Source: Nemertoderma westbladi
Lineage: Eukaryota; Animalia; Xenacoelomorpha
Direction: 5' to 3'
Length of the DNA: 64,000 bases
NCBI GenBank assembly: GCA_032718475.1
Contig: JAUCBJ010000564.1
Coordinates: 1 to 64,000, forward strand
Shown: piece by piece, positions 13,860-26,300 of the stretch
How positions within the stretch are numbered: position 1 is the stretch's first letter
Layout of the letters: each line of letters starts with the position of its first letter
The notes under the pieces: model-generated
The model's database searches: none
What the model saw: only the letters and a program-made list of their open reading frames with translations
What the model was told of the DNA's origin: nothing
Position numbers and translations under genes: made by a program

Positions 13860-14430
13860 AGTAAACAGCAGTCATTTACGTCCAATTTGTAGCAATATAG
13901 GGCTATCTCTTAATGAGTCAAAATGTGAGCTAACCATCATTGGGGAGAAGTCAGGTGAGGAAAACCCAATCTTCACTTCATTCCAGAAGATCTGTCCAGG
14001 TTTCAAGTTGACTAGATAAGAGGACTTAGAGCTACTTGGTTCCCCCATTGGCCCTGAAGCCCTCTCTAATGTTATCTGTAAGAAGTTGGACAACCTCAGT
14101 CTGTTTCACAGTCGTATCCGTCTCCTTGACAACCATGACGCCTTTTTCCTACTCAAAAACTGTCTAGCCATACCCAAACTTACATATATGCTCCATTCAT
14201 CACCAACTTTCAACGAATCCCATCTACTTAGCAAGATCGATAACAGTATAAGGGAGTCTCTAGAAGAGATAACGAACGTTAAACTGGAAACTGAAACCTT
14301 GGAGCAAGCAATCCTTCCTTGTCGACACGGTGGCCTCGGAATCCCTTCTGTGACAGAAATTGCGCCTTGTGCTGTGCATACCTCTCATCATTACATAAGT
14401 ATGAATCGTTAATTAAAGAGATTTATCACT
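13860..14430 (+). pseudogene. CRE-like non-LTR RT fragment, same clade as 19202-22196 but a different copy
   Basis: IGLSLNESKCEL...LELLGSPIG...HDAFFLLKNCLAIPKLTYML...LPCRHGGLGI parallels LGLMVKASKCEL...LLGSPLG...HDALYLLRHCFAIPKLMYVL in the 933-aa ORF; contains stops and frameshifts. Confidence 0.8.
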
Positions 14431-17400
14431 CTCCGAGAGAAAGCCGCCCCAATATTAGATTATAACAACAACATTTCCATTGGGTAAGAAAGTGGAGAAG
14501 AGCCAGGCCCGACTCTTAATTTTTTACTTTATATTACGCGATCAATTTTCATTCATCTCGTCATGAACACAACATGTATGTAAACTTTTGATAAATTTGT
14601 TGGCTATGCGTTTGCGGCTGTTTGGGCGGGGTGTGGTAGGCCTACACTTTTCACACTGAAACATTTTGGTTGTGAAATGTTCAGGGCACAGCGATCAGAG
14701 ATATTTCATATATATTTTATTATGAGAGGAAGAAGAACATACAACGTTATTTACTATATATGTAACAAAATAATTGTTTTCGGGTTTAACTTGGAAGCCT
14801 CCCCAAATAGTTGATATACAATTATATTGAAAATTATTTCCATGGTCATGGTCATTCACCCGTCTTTAGTTAGAAATTTGTTTGCATGAAAGACAGTTTA
14901 GTTTGGTTTTTCCTGATTATTATCTCTTATCTGACTGGGGTAATAATAAAGGATAGGATAAATGGAAGCAAAGTGTGACAGTAACAAATATTTCCCCGTC
15001 ACCCTAGCATGTCTTAAGTATACGATATCTAAAAGGGGGAAGTTTGGATCCACTGCATAAATGCAGTTCACCAAACTTCCCCCGAATGCACACTGTAACT
15101 TCCCCCTTCCCCCAAATATCCACTGTTAAATTAATTTGAAGCGATATAATAAGTACAAAATTGTGCGAGTTTTTAATTGTGTAGTCCATTTGTTATTTGA
15201 TCTCTATTTATTGTTTAAAGTGCATTTAATATCACACTGGTTTTTTAGAATATTACAACCTTATGTTTTATTTATTAACCCAATCGAAGCCTTAATAAGG
15301 GCCGGTTATTTGTACGCATATCCCTAATGCGCTCAGTATGAGCCAAACAACATATTAATATGAAAATAAAGTATCTGCAAAGAAAAGAACCCAATGCTAT
15401 ATAATTTGACCTTATTAAAAAATTTGCACTTTTGCACACTTATTTGTACAAGTGCACTTCAGCAGATCGTAATGGTGGTTCTTATTTAACAAACTTATGT
15501 TTATCCTCTACCGATCTACGATGGTGTATGATCAAGTGTCAGTCACTAAAAGTGTAAAAAATCTAATTTAATAAATCGCGACATTTGCGATTTTGGACCA
15601 TATTCATGAGCATTTTAAGTCACTTTATATACATAAAAAGTTAAACAAATGTTACGATTATAGTTAGAAATCACTCCAAACTACATTTTAATCCAAAAAA
15701 TAACATTCTACGATGAATGGAACTGGAAATAATAGTGTTTGAAATATCGAAAAAATGTGTACTTTTTAAGTGCATTATGCACTAAGTGCACTTGCGTCTT
15801 TTCCCAAGTTGTATCCTATTTCACACACTACAATCTATCCTCTATCCAATGAAAAAAGTTTCAGATCAAACGGCCCAGTAGAACAGAAGTTATTGATGTT
15901 TAAAAATAATCACTCGAAAATTTCAAATTCTCTTGGTCACGTAGTCTAGTGGTAATCAATCACGTTAACGATACTTAAGTTCGTGGGTTCGAAACCCAAT
16001 ATGACCATTCTTAATTTTTTGCAAAAAAAAATATTTTAAATTTTTGACTAAATTTCGGTTCTGGTGCTCCAAATTCAATAAAATTGGTATATTCTTTGCC
16101 GTAATTTTTTTTTCTATCTTTTGAGAGGGGGTATTTTTGGCCCCAAAAAAAATGAAAAAAAGGGCCAAAATTACGCGATATTTTTCGACCCTTAAAACTC
16201 GTTATTTTAATTATAAATGTTAAGAAAAAAGATAGTGGAGTTAATTTGCTACATTTTACAGGAACTTTTGGCGCAAAAAGTTAAATTATAATGTAATGGC
16301 GATTTATTAAAAAAAAAATTTTTCGTCCCTTTTTTATAAGTAGTATATTTCACACGATCGTCTGCCGCTTCAGTTATATAATAGCTATGGCACTGTAACT
16401 ACAGTTGAAAGATAGATAATTTGACGCTCTATAAGACTGTTTAAATAAGTCTCCCAGACCTTATGTATTTTTCGAGCTAGACGAGTTCCCGCGAAGCGAG
16501 TTTGAAGCGTGAAATTATAATTTGGGCCCTAATTTTTTTAATATCGTTTGCGCGGCAAAACCAATCGAATATTTGGATTCCCCGTATCGATATTAACCGT
16601 ATAAAATGTACTTTATTTAACCTTCAAGAGTCAAAAATAAAAAAGTTGTTAGTTATAAACTTTTAATTATTTTCTGGCCCTTTTGGACCCCTTTGCCTAC
16701 ATATTTTTTGTACCCCCATTCGATAGGAATGTAGCCCCTGTGGTCTTCTACGCTTTCCGAAAAAGAATTGGCAGATTCCTACTAGCGTTGTCGAATTAAA
16801 AATTTTGGAAATAATAATTATGTAAAAAAGATGGAAAAAACGGACAAAGTTACGGCCCCTTTTTCCACCCGAAATATTAATAAATATCTTACCCCCATTC
16901 GATACGAAGGTAGTACCACTCTTCCCCTTTCCAACCGCGTTAATTTCGTCCCCGTACGATTAATATTAGCCGAGTCAGAGCGGATCCCGCAAAGCCATTT
17001 TGTCCGTTTTTTCAACTTTGACGGACAATTTCGGGAAAAAGGCGTGGTAATCTTTTTTGAAAAAAAAAACGAATTCACTAATTAATCCCTTCTATCGTAT
17101 CCCGGCGTCGGTTAAGCAATAACCTAGGGTTTTTTCGAGCCACTGTAGAGCGCCTTTCAAAAAATTTTTAAAATTGTCAAAAAAATGACGGTTTTTTGTC
17201 CGCCGTGTCCGTCGAGGGGATAGATTTGCTAATGTTAGAGTGGCTAATATCTTAGAATTCCGAGTCGCTCCCCTGGTGCGAAAATAAAAAAAATTGGTCT
17301 GTTCCTTCATCGAAAAGTCTCCCAGAATCCCAAGTTAACCTATATAGTTAGCGATGGCCTGCGGCTTTAGGAGCGGCCGCGGTATTCACCTCCCTCATAG

Positions 17401-19035
17401 CGGCCGCGGCGGTGTTGCGTCAAATGGAGAAATATTTATCCCACCGAGAGAAAGCCGCCCCAATATTAGATTATTACAACAACATATCCATTGGGTAAGA
17501 AAGTGGAGGAGAGCCAGCCCGTCTCTTAATTTTTTACTTTATATTACGCGATCAATTTTCACTCATCTCGTCATGAACCCAACATGTATGTAACCTTTTG
17601 TTAAATTTGTTGGCTATGCGTTTGCGGTTGTTTGGGCGGAGTGTGGTAGGCCTACACTTTTCACACTTAAATATTTTGGTTGTGAAATGTTACAGGGCAT
17701 AGCGATCTGAGATATTTCATTTATATTTTATTATGAGAGGAAGAAGAACATACAACGTTATTTACTATGTAACAAAATAATTGTTTTCGGGTTTAACTTG
17801 GAAGCCTCCCCAAATAGTTGATATACAATTATATTTAAAATTATTTCCATGGTCATGGTCATTCACCCGTCTTTAGTTAGAAATTTGTTTGCATGAAAGA
17901 CAGTTTAGTTTAGTTTTTACTGATTTATTATCTCTTATCTGACTGGGGTAATAATAAAGGATAGGATAAATGGAAGCAAAGTGTGACAGTAACAAATATT
18001 TCCCCGTCACCCTAGCATGTCTTAAGTATATGATATATCAAAGGGGGAAGTTTGGATTCACTGCATAAATGCAGTTCACCAAACTTCCCCCGAATGCACA
18101 CTGTAACTTCCCCCTTCCCCCAAATATCCACTGTTGAATTAATTTGAAGCGATATAATAAGTACAAAATTGTGCGAGTTTTTAATTGTGTGGTCCAATTG
18201 TTATTTGATTTCTATTTATTATTTAAAGTGCATTTAATATCACACTGGTTTTTAGAATATTATACTATACAACCTTATGTTTTATTAATTTACCCAATCG
18301 AAGCCTCATAAGGGCCGGTTATTTGTACGCATATCCCCTAATGCGCTCAGTAAGGTTCAAACAACATATTAATATGAAAATAAAGTATCTGCAAAGAAAA
18401 TAACCCAATACTATATAATTTGACCTTATTAAAAAATTTGCACTTTTGCACACTTATTTGTACAAATGCACTTTAGCAGATCGTAATGGTGGCTCTTATT
18501 TAACAAACTTATGTTTATCCTCTACCGATCTACGATGGTGTATGATCAAGTGTCAGTCGCTAAAAGTGTCAAAAATCCAATTTAATAAATCTGGATTTGC
18601 GATTTTGGACCATATTCATGGACATTTTAAGTCATTTTATAGACATAAAAAGTTAAACAAATGTTACGATTATAGTTAGAAATCATTCCAAACTACATTT
18701 TAATCCAAAAAATAACATTCTACGATGAATAGAACTGGAAATAATAGTGTTTGAAATATCGAAAAAAATGTTCACTATTTAAGTGCATTTTGCACTAAGT
18801 GCACATAAGTCTTTTCCCAAGTTTTATCCTATTTCACACACTACAATCTATCCTCTATCCAATGAAAAAAGTTTCAGATTAAACGGCCCTGTAGAACCGA
18901 AGTTATTTATGTTTAAAAATAGTCACTCGAAAATTTCAAATTCTCTTGGTCACATAGTCTAGTGGTTATCAATCACGTTAATGAAACCTAAGTTCGCGGG
19001 TTCGAAATCCAATATTGACCTGACCATTCTTAATT
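14431..19035 (+). repeat. Direct repeat A: ~14431-16012 duplicated at ~17443-19035
   Basis: Both copies start CCGAGAGAAAGCCGCCCCAATATTAGATTAT and stay colinear, with scattered SNPs/indels, to GACCATTCTTAATT. Confidence 0.9.
15935..16007 (+). pseudogene. tRNA-derived relic (SINE-head-like); second copy at 18948-19020
   Basis: 73 nt with GGTCA...TGACCA acceptor-like ends, A box TAGTCTAGTGG and B box GGTTCGAAACC. The anticodon arm does not fold, so it is not a functional tRNA. Confidence 0.5.
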
Positions 19036-22000
19036 GGAATAAAAAAATAACTAGCTAAACTGTTGTTTGAGTTAGATTGTATATAAAAACAGAACCATGT
19101 CCATTTATTGTCGATGGTAGGCGGTGATGGTGCGTCTGCACGTCCAAATGAATGCGACTAGCTAAACAAACTAAAGGCCTCCTTCCTTCAAACGATCAAT
19201 CATGGAAATACCCTGCATTAGTCTCACTGATAGTGAGCTTCTAACAGACCCACCTCCCGAATCTGAAGACATGTACGAATTTGGAGGTCTGCCTCTCTCG
19301 AGGCACGATATAGAATCGTTAAATGGGCAAAACTGGTTGACAGATAACATTGTTGAAGCAGTTATATCCAGCTTGTGTTTAGGATACAACGGCCATGCGA
19401 GTTTTTAACTCTCATTTCGTTGACATCTTTCAAGAAGGCGGCTTTAAGAACATGCAGAGTCTGAGCAAGGGCGCTTCAGTGCCAGTTTTTGATAACGATT
19501 TCATATTTTTCCCTATAAATGTAAACAATTGCCACTGGACCCTTGCTGTTTACTCCCCTTTAAAGTCAGCAATTTGGTTTTTCGACTCACTGGGGGGCTC
19601 TAACCAAACAGTTGTTGATTCTATCAAAGAATGGGTGCATCTTGTTGCCATTCATTACAATGTGGACCTCCCCCCAATTACCGTTTATCCCTCCATTCAA
19701 AAGGTGCAATACAACACCTATCAATGTGGGGTATATATCTGTAGGTATGCAAAGTGGTGTATTGAAGGTTACTCGCGATCGGATTTTGAGGATATCAATG
19801 ATATTACCATTTCCAAGCATCGTAGTGATCTGTATTCTGATATTTCCAGAAATGCCCCTCTAGTTTGGTCAGCCAATCAACAGAAGGCATCGACACCTAC
19901 ACCACCTCCAATTGGAGATCCCACCCCGTTTCCGAATTCTCACCCACCCGTGCTTAACCATACACAATCAATCTCACCGCTAGAGCCGAAACAACCTCCA
20001 ATCCAATCAGCCGAATCCTCCCAGGATAACAATCAAATTGGAGACCCCACTCTGGTCCCGAACTCTCATCCACCCCTATTTACCCATACTCCATCAATTG
20101 CACCGCTAGAGCCGGGACAACCTCCCACCGTTACCAGTGGAGGACTGTCCCTCAAGTTCCCATGCACCACCTGCTCTAAATTATGCTGTGTCAACTCCAA
20201 GGGAGGGCTGCGCAAACACAGATCCACTGAAGGCACCTCTTGTCCTGGGTCAGGTTCCATCATTACATTTCCAGCCACCGGTTCCTCCGCTCCTGCTGAT
20301 GCTGCAATTCCACCCGACTTACACTCTAATCAGCCAGCCATGTCTCAAGGGTCACCCGGACTACTGTCCCAACCGTTTACCAATGACACTCCATCCCCTG
20401 CTCCTGTGGTAGCCAGCCAGAGCGCCATATCAGATTCACTTAGCAGTGCATTCGAAACCCTCACTAGGATCAGAACCCTGACTCGTATCCCCAGGGGTGC
20501 AAGACTAAAAGCAGCCACACTTTACAGTAGTCTCTGTGATGCCATCGTCCTCAACAACAGTCAGTCAAACTGGTTAAACCTGCTGGCCTTTCCATTCTCT
20601 CTCAGAGTACCCTCCCAGGGATCAAAGTCCAGACGTGGCCGGAGGGCTATCGGTCCAGCCTGCAAATCACTCACAGCCAAGGTAAAGGACCAACTGTTGG
20701 AATTTGAAGAGATGGTCAAGAACACCAAAGAATTACTAGTACTGCCTACGACTAGCCTTCCATCCCATCTGAAGCCCAAGACTCAACAATCCTCGGATGA
20801 CATGCTAGGGAAATTGATAGACTCTAAGATAGAAGAAGGAAATGTGAAAGCAGCTGCACGACTAGCATCCTCATCAGCCACTATAGCCCCAGCCACCTCA
20901 GAGACCCTTGAAGCCCTCCGACTCCTTCATCCTACACGCCCATCAGATGACTTCCACGGAGTACCGTCATTAGAGGAAGCAGATGTCCCGACCCTCGAGC
21001 TATCTTACCCAGAGGTTCTAAAATCAATCAAGCTATTCCCCAATGGCTCGGCACCAGGTCCCGACAACTGCCGTCCTCAGTTCCTCAAGGACATGATCTC
21101 ATCATCAGCGGGGGATGCTGCCCTGGCTTCCCTCAAGGCTATGACATCGGTAGCTAATATCATGCTAAAGGGAGGAGTGCCCCAGGAAGTTCTCCCTTAC
21201 CTCTATGGCGCCAGGCTTTGTGCTTTCACTAAACCAGCAGGTGGAGTTCGCCCCATAGCCGTGGGGTGCACTCTGCGTCGACTTACCGCCAAAACAGGCT
21301 GCCATTCAGCGGCAAAGCATTCCGGTTTAAAGCTAGGACCCCATCAGCTAGGGTTCGGGACCCCCCGGGGTGCAGAAGCAGCAGTACATGCAGCCAGGCG
21401 TTTCCTCAGTGAGTCAATAGAGAGAGAGACAGTCATGATCAAAATTGATTTCTCAAATGCCTTCAACAGTATTCACCGTGGACCAGCCTTGAGGGCAGTG
21501 CTAAAGAACCTCCCACCACTATACAACCTGGCATATCAGTCATATTCGCAACCCTCTCTCCTATTCTACAATGGGACAACAATTGCCTCTGACGATGGTA
21601 TGCAACAGGGAGACCCACTAGCCTCTCTATTCTTCAGCAACGACACAATTGAACTTGTCGATAGCATGGAATCTCCTCTCAACGTGTGGTTCCTGGATGA
21701 CGGTTCCTTGGGTGGAACACCATCTGTTGTTGCTTCTGACCTGAAGAGGGTCATAGCCGAGGCAGCAAAGCTAGGGCTTATGGTCAAGGCATCCAAGTGT
21801 GAGTTAATCTTTGGCAAGCACTTTCCCTTAGAACTGAAAGAAGAGACAACAGCTCTGTTTGATGCCATCACACCAAGCATTAAACCAATCGATTTTTCTG
21901 ATGCGCTGTTGCTTGGATCACCCCTAGGAGATTCAGCCATGGAGAAGATCCTTGAAGAGAAGGAATCAGACCTCTCTAGGTTCGCCGACCGCCTCCACCT

Positions 22001-23031
22001 TCTATCGGCGCATGACGCCCTATACCTACTCAGACATTGCTTTGCCATTCCGAAGTTGATGTATGTGCTGCGGTGTTCACCCGCCTTTGGATCGCCTCGA
22101 TTGAAGTCTCTAGATGATAAGATTCGGCAGTGCTGCCAAATTGTGCTCAACACTAGGATTGGGGGCGATGCTTGGGCCCAGGCTTTGACTGTATAGAATG
22201 TACCTTAACCAACTAAAGTTAAAAATAAAAAATTATTCGATAAAAACTACTTTACAAATTCTGGCCCTTTTTGGCCCCTATTGCCGACATATTTTTTGTA
22301 CCCCCATTCGATAGGAACGTAACTCCAATGGTCTTCTACGAGTTTCATAAAAGAATTAGTGGATTCCTACCCGCGTTGTCGAATGAAACATTTCGGAAAT
22401 AAGTTTTCCAAAAAAGACGGACAAAAACGTACAAATTTACAGCCCCTTTTTCCACCCGAAATTTTAATAAATATCTTACCCCCATTCGATACGAAGGTAG
22501 TACCACTCTTCCCCTTTCCAACCGCGTTACTTTCGTCCCCGTACGATTAATATTAGCCGAGTTATAGCGGATCCCGCAAAGTCATTTTGTCCGTTTTTTC
22601 AACTTTGACGGACATTTTCGGAAAAAAGGCGTGGTAATCTTTTTTGAAAAAAAAACGAATTCACTAATTAATCCCTTCTATCGTATCCCGGCGTCGGCTA
22701 AGCAATAACCTAGGGTTTTTTCGAGCCACTGTAGAGCGCCTTTTAAACAAATTTTAAAATTGTCGAAAAAATGACGGATTTTTGTCCGCCGTGTCCGTCG
22801 AAGGGTTAGATTTAATAATGTTAGAGTTGCTAATATCTTAGAATTCCGAGCCGCTCCCCTGGTGAGAAAATAAAAAAATTTGGTCAGTTCCTTGATCGAA
22901 AAGTCCCCCAGAATCCCAAGTTAACCTATATAGTTAGCGATGGCCTGCGGCTTTAGGAGCGGCCGCGGTATTCACCTCCCTCATAGCGGCCGCGGCGGTG
23001 TTGCGTCAAATGGATAAATATTTATCCCACC
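16599..23031 (+). repeat. Direct repeat B: ~16599-17444 duplicated at ~22191-23031 (DNA-transposon-like sequence)
   Basis: Shared internal ACCCCCATTCGATA repeats and the end GCGGCCGCGGTATTCACCTCCCTCATAGCGGCCGCGG...ATTTATCCCACC. The first ~230 bp are more diverged. Confidence 0.9.
19202..22196 (+). mobile_element. CRE-like non-LTR retrotransposon ORF: Ulp1/C48 protease, Pro-rich linker, Zn finger, RT; one frameshift, 3'-truncated
   Basis: 19202-19408 (WLTDNIV) continues in 19395-22196: FFPINVNNCHWTL, FFDSL, QYNTYQCG (C48 His-Asp-Cys); CTTC...H...C; RT motifs RPIAVG, QLGFGTPRGAEAAVH, DFSNAFN, QQGDPL, FLDD. Ends at WAQA, where repeat B starts, so no endonuclease domain. Confidence 0.88.
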
Positions 23032-23170
23032 AAGAGGGTCCACTTATATTCTTATATTATTTGATTAAAAATACAAAATTATTAAAACGCACTAAACTAC
23101 CCTAAAACAAAATTACGGAATAAATAAAAACTACAAAAAAACGCTTCTAAAAAAACATAAAAGAACATAC

Positions 23171-23270
23171 CTTGTAATCGCCAGTCCGTCATTGGAGATA
23201 TGGCTACCGAACAATTAACTCTATCTGGCCTTAGAAGTGTAACTCTCGTTGCCAAGTAACCTCCATAGGC
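23171..23270 (-). CDS. Nucleophile exon of a DPP4/DPP6/DPP10-family (S9B) protein with Ser replaced by Ala: AYGGYLATRVTLLRPDRVNCSVAISPMTDWRLQ
   Basis: Minus strand tttattatag|GCCTATGGAGGTTAC...TTACAAG|gtatg; 100 bp, phase 0/1. Aligns without gaps to DPP4 [33 protein letters not shown], whose exon also starts at the Ser codon. Confidence 0.8.
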
Positions 23271-23329
23271 CTATAATAAATAAACACAACATCAGTGAAT
23301 TGGAATGAAAGGAATGAATTATGACTCAA

Positions 23330-26300
23330 GACACGAGTTGTACAGACACGAGTTGTACAGACACGAGTTGTACAGACACGACTTGTACAGACACGAGTTG
23401 TACAGACACGAGTTGTACAGACACGAGTTGTACAGACACGAGTTGTACAGATACGAGTTGTACAGACACGAGTTGTACAGACACGAGTTGTACAGACACG
23501 AGTTGTACAGACACAAGTTGTACAGACACGAGTTGTACAGATACGAGTTGTACAGACACGAGTTGTACAAACACGAGTTGTACAGACACGAGTTGTACAG
23601 ACACAAGTTGTACAGGCACGAGTTGTACAGACACGAGTTGTACAGACACGAGTTGTACAAACACGAGTTGTACAGACACGAGTTGTACAGACGAGTTGTA
23701 CAGACACGAGTTGTACAGACACAAGTTGTACAGACACGAGTTGTACAGACACGAGTTGTACAGACACGAGTTGTACAGACACGAGTTGTACAGACACGAG
23801 TTGTACAGACGAGTTGTACAGACACGAATTGTACAGACACAAGTTGTACAGACACGAGTTGTACAGACACGAGTTGTACAGACACGAGTTGTACAAACAC
23901 GAGTTGTACAGACACGAATTGTACAGACACAAGTTGTACAGACACGAGTTGTACAGATACGAGTTGTACAGACACGAGTTGTACAAACACGAGTTGTACA
24001 GACACGAGTTGTATAGACGAGTTGTACAGACACGAGTTGTACAGACACAAGTTGTACAGACACGAGTTGTACAGACACGAGTTGTACAGACACGAGTTGT
24101 ACAGATACAAGTTGTACAGACACAAGTTGTACAGACACAAGTTGTACAGACACGAGTTGTACAGACACAAGTTGTACAGACACGAGTTGTACAGACACGA
24201 GTTGTACAGATACGAGTTGTACAGACACGAGTTGTACAGACACGAGTTGTACAGACACAAGTTGTACAGACACGAGTTGTACAGACACGAGTTGTACAGA
24301 CACGAGTTGTACAGATACGAGTTGTACAGACACGAGTTGTACAGATACGAGTTGTACAGATACGAGAACAAACACGAGTTGTACAGACACGAGTTGTACA
24401 GATACGAGAACAAACACGAGTTGTACAGACACGAGTTGTACAGACACGAGTTGTACAGACACGAGTTGTACAGACACGAGTTGTACAGATTCGAGTTGTA
24501 CAGACACGAGTTGTACAGACACGAGTTGTACAGACACGAGTTGTACAGATACGAGTTGTACAGACACGAGTTGTACAGACACGAGTTGTACAGACACAAG
24601 TTGTACAGACACGAGTTGTACAGACACGAGTTGTACAGACACGAGTTGTACAGATACGAGTTGCACAGACACGAGTTGTACAGATACGAGGTTGTACAGA
24701 TACGAGAACAAACACACGAGTTGTACAGACACGAGTTGTACAGATACGAGAACAAACACGAGTTGTACAGACACGAGTTGTACAGACACGAGTTGTACAG
24801 ACACGAGTTGTACAGACACGAGTTGTACAGATTCGAGTTGTACAGACACGAGTTGTACAGACACGAGTTGTACAGACACGAGTTGTACAGATTCGAGTTG
24901 TACAGACACGAGTTGTACAGACACGAGTTGTACAGACACGAGTTGTACAGATGCGAGTTGTACAGACACGAGTTGTACAGACACGAGTTGTACAGACACG
25001 AGTTGTACAGACACAAGTTGTACAGACACGAGTTGTACAACAGACACAAGTTGTACAGACACGAGTTGTACAGACACGAGTTGTACAGGCACGAGTTGTA
25101 CAGACACGAGTTGTACAGATTCGAGTTGTACAGACACGAGTTGTACAGACACGAGTTGTACAGACACGAGTTGTACAGACACGAGTTGTACAGACACGAG
25201 TTGTACAGACACGAGTTGTACAGACACGAGTTGTACAGACACGAGTTGTACAGACACGAGTTGTACAGACATAAGTTGTACAGACACGAGTTGTACAACA
25301 GACACAAGTTGTACAGACACGAGTTGTACAGACACGAGTTGTACAGACACGAGTTGTACAGACAGGAGTTGTACAGATTCGAGTTGTACAGACACGAGTT
25401 GTACAGACACGAGTTGTACAGACACGAGTTGTACAGACACGAGTTGTACAGATTCGAGTTGTACAGACACGAGTTGTACAGAGACGAGTTGTACAGACAC
25501 GAGTTGTACAGACACAAGTTGTACAGACACGAGTTGTACAACAGACACAAGTTGTACAGACACGAGTTGTACAGACACAAGTTGTACAGACACAAGTTGT
25601 ACAGACACGAGTTGTACAGACACGAGTTGTACAGACACGAGTTGTAGAGACACGAGTTGTACAGACACGAGTTGTACAGACACGAGTTGTACAGACACGA
25701 GTTGTACAGACACGAGTTGTACAGACACAAGTTGTACAGACACGAGTTGTACAGACACAAGTCGTACAGACACGAGTTGTACAGATACGAGAACAAACAC
25801 GAGTTGTACAGACACGAGTTGTACAGATACGAGAACAAACACGAGTTGAACAGGCACGAGTTGTACAGACACGAGTTGTACAGATACAAGTTGTACAGAC
25901 AATGAGTTGTACAGACACGAGTTGTACAGACACGAATTGTACAGACACAAGATGTAGAGGCACAAGTTGTACAGATACGAGTACAAACACGAGTTGAACA
26001 GACACGAGTTGCACAGACACGAGTTGTACAGATACGAGTTGTACAGACAATGAGTTGTACAGACACGAGTTGTACAGACACGAATTGTACAGACACAAGA
26101 AGTACAGGCACAAGTTGTACAGACACGAGTAGTGCAGACACGAGTTGTACAGATACGAGTTGTACAGACAACAAGTTGTACAGACACGAGTTGTACAGAC
26201 ACGAATTGTACAGACACAAGTTGTACAGGCACAAGTTGTACAGACACGAGTTGTACAGACACGAGTTGTACAGTTACGAGAACAAACACGAGTTGTACAG

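Noticed and set aside
15280-15327. PIEALIRAGYLYAYP resembling a DPP8/9 C-terminal motif
   Set aside because: Opposite strand to the DPP exon, no splice context, frameshifted in the second copy.
23215-23230. TTAACTCTATCTGGCC as the partner of the piggyBac-like end at 1349-1364 (15/16 match)
   Set aside because: It lies inside the DPP exon and faces away from the other end; coincidence.
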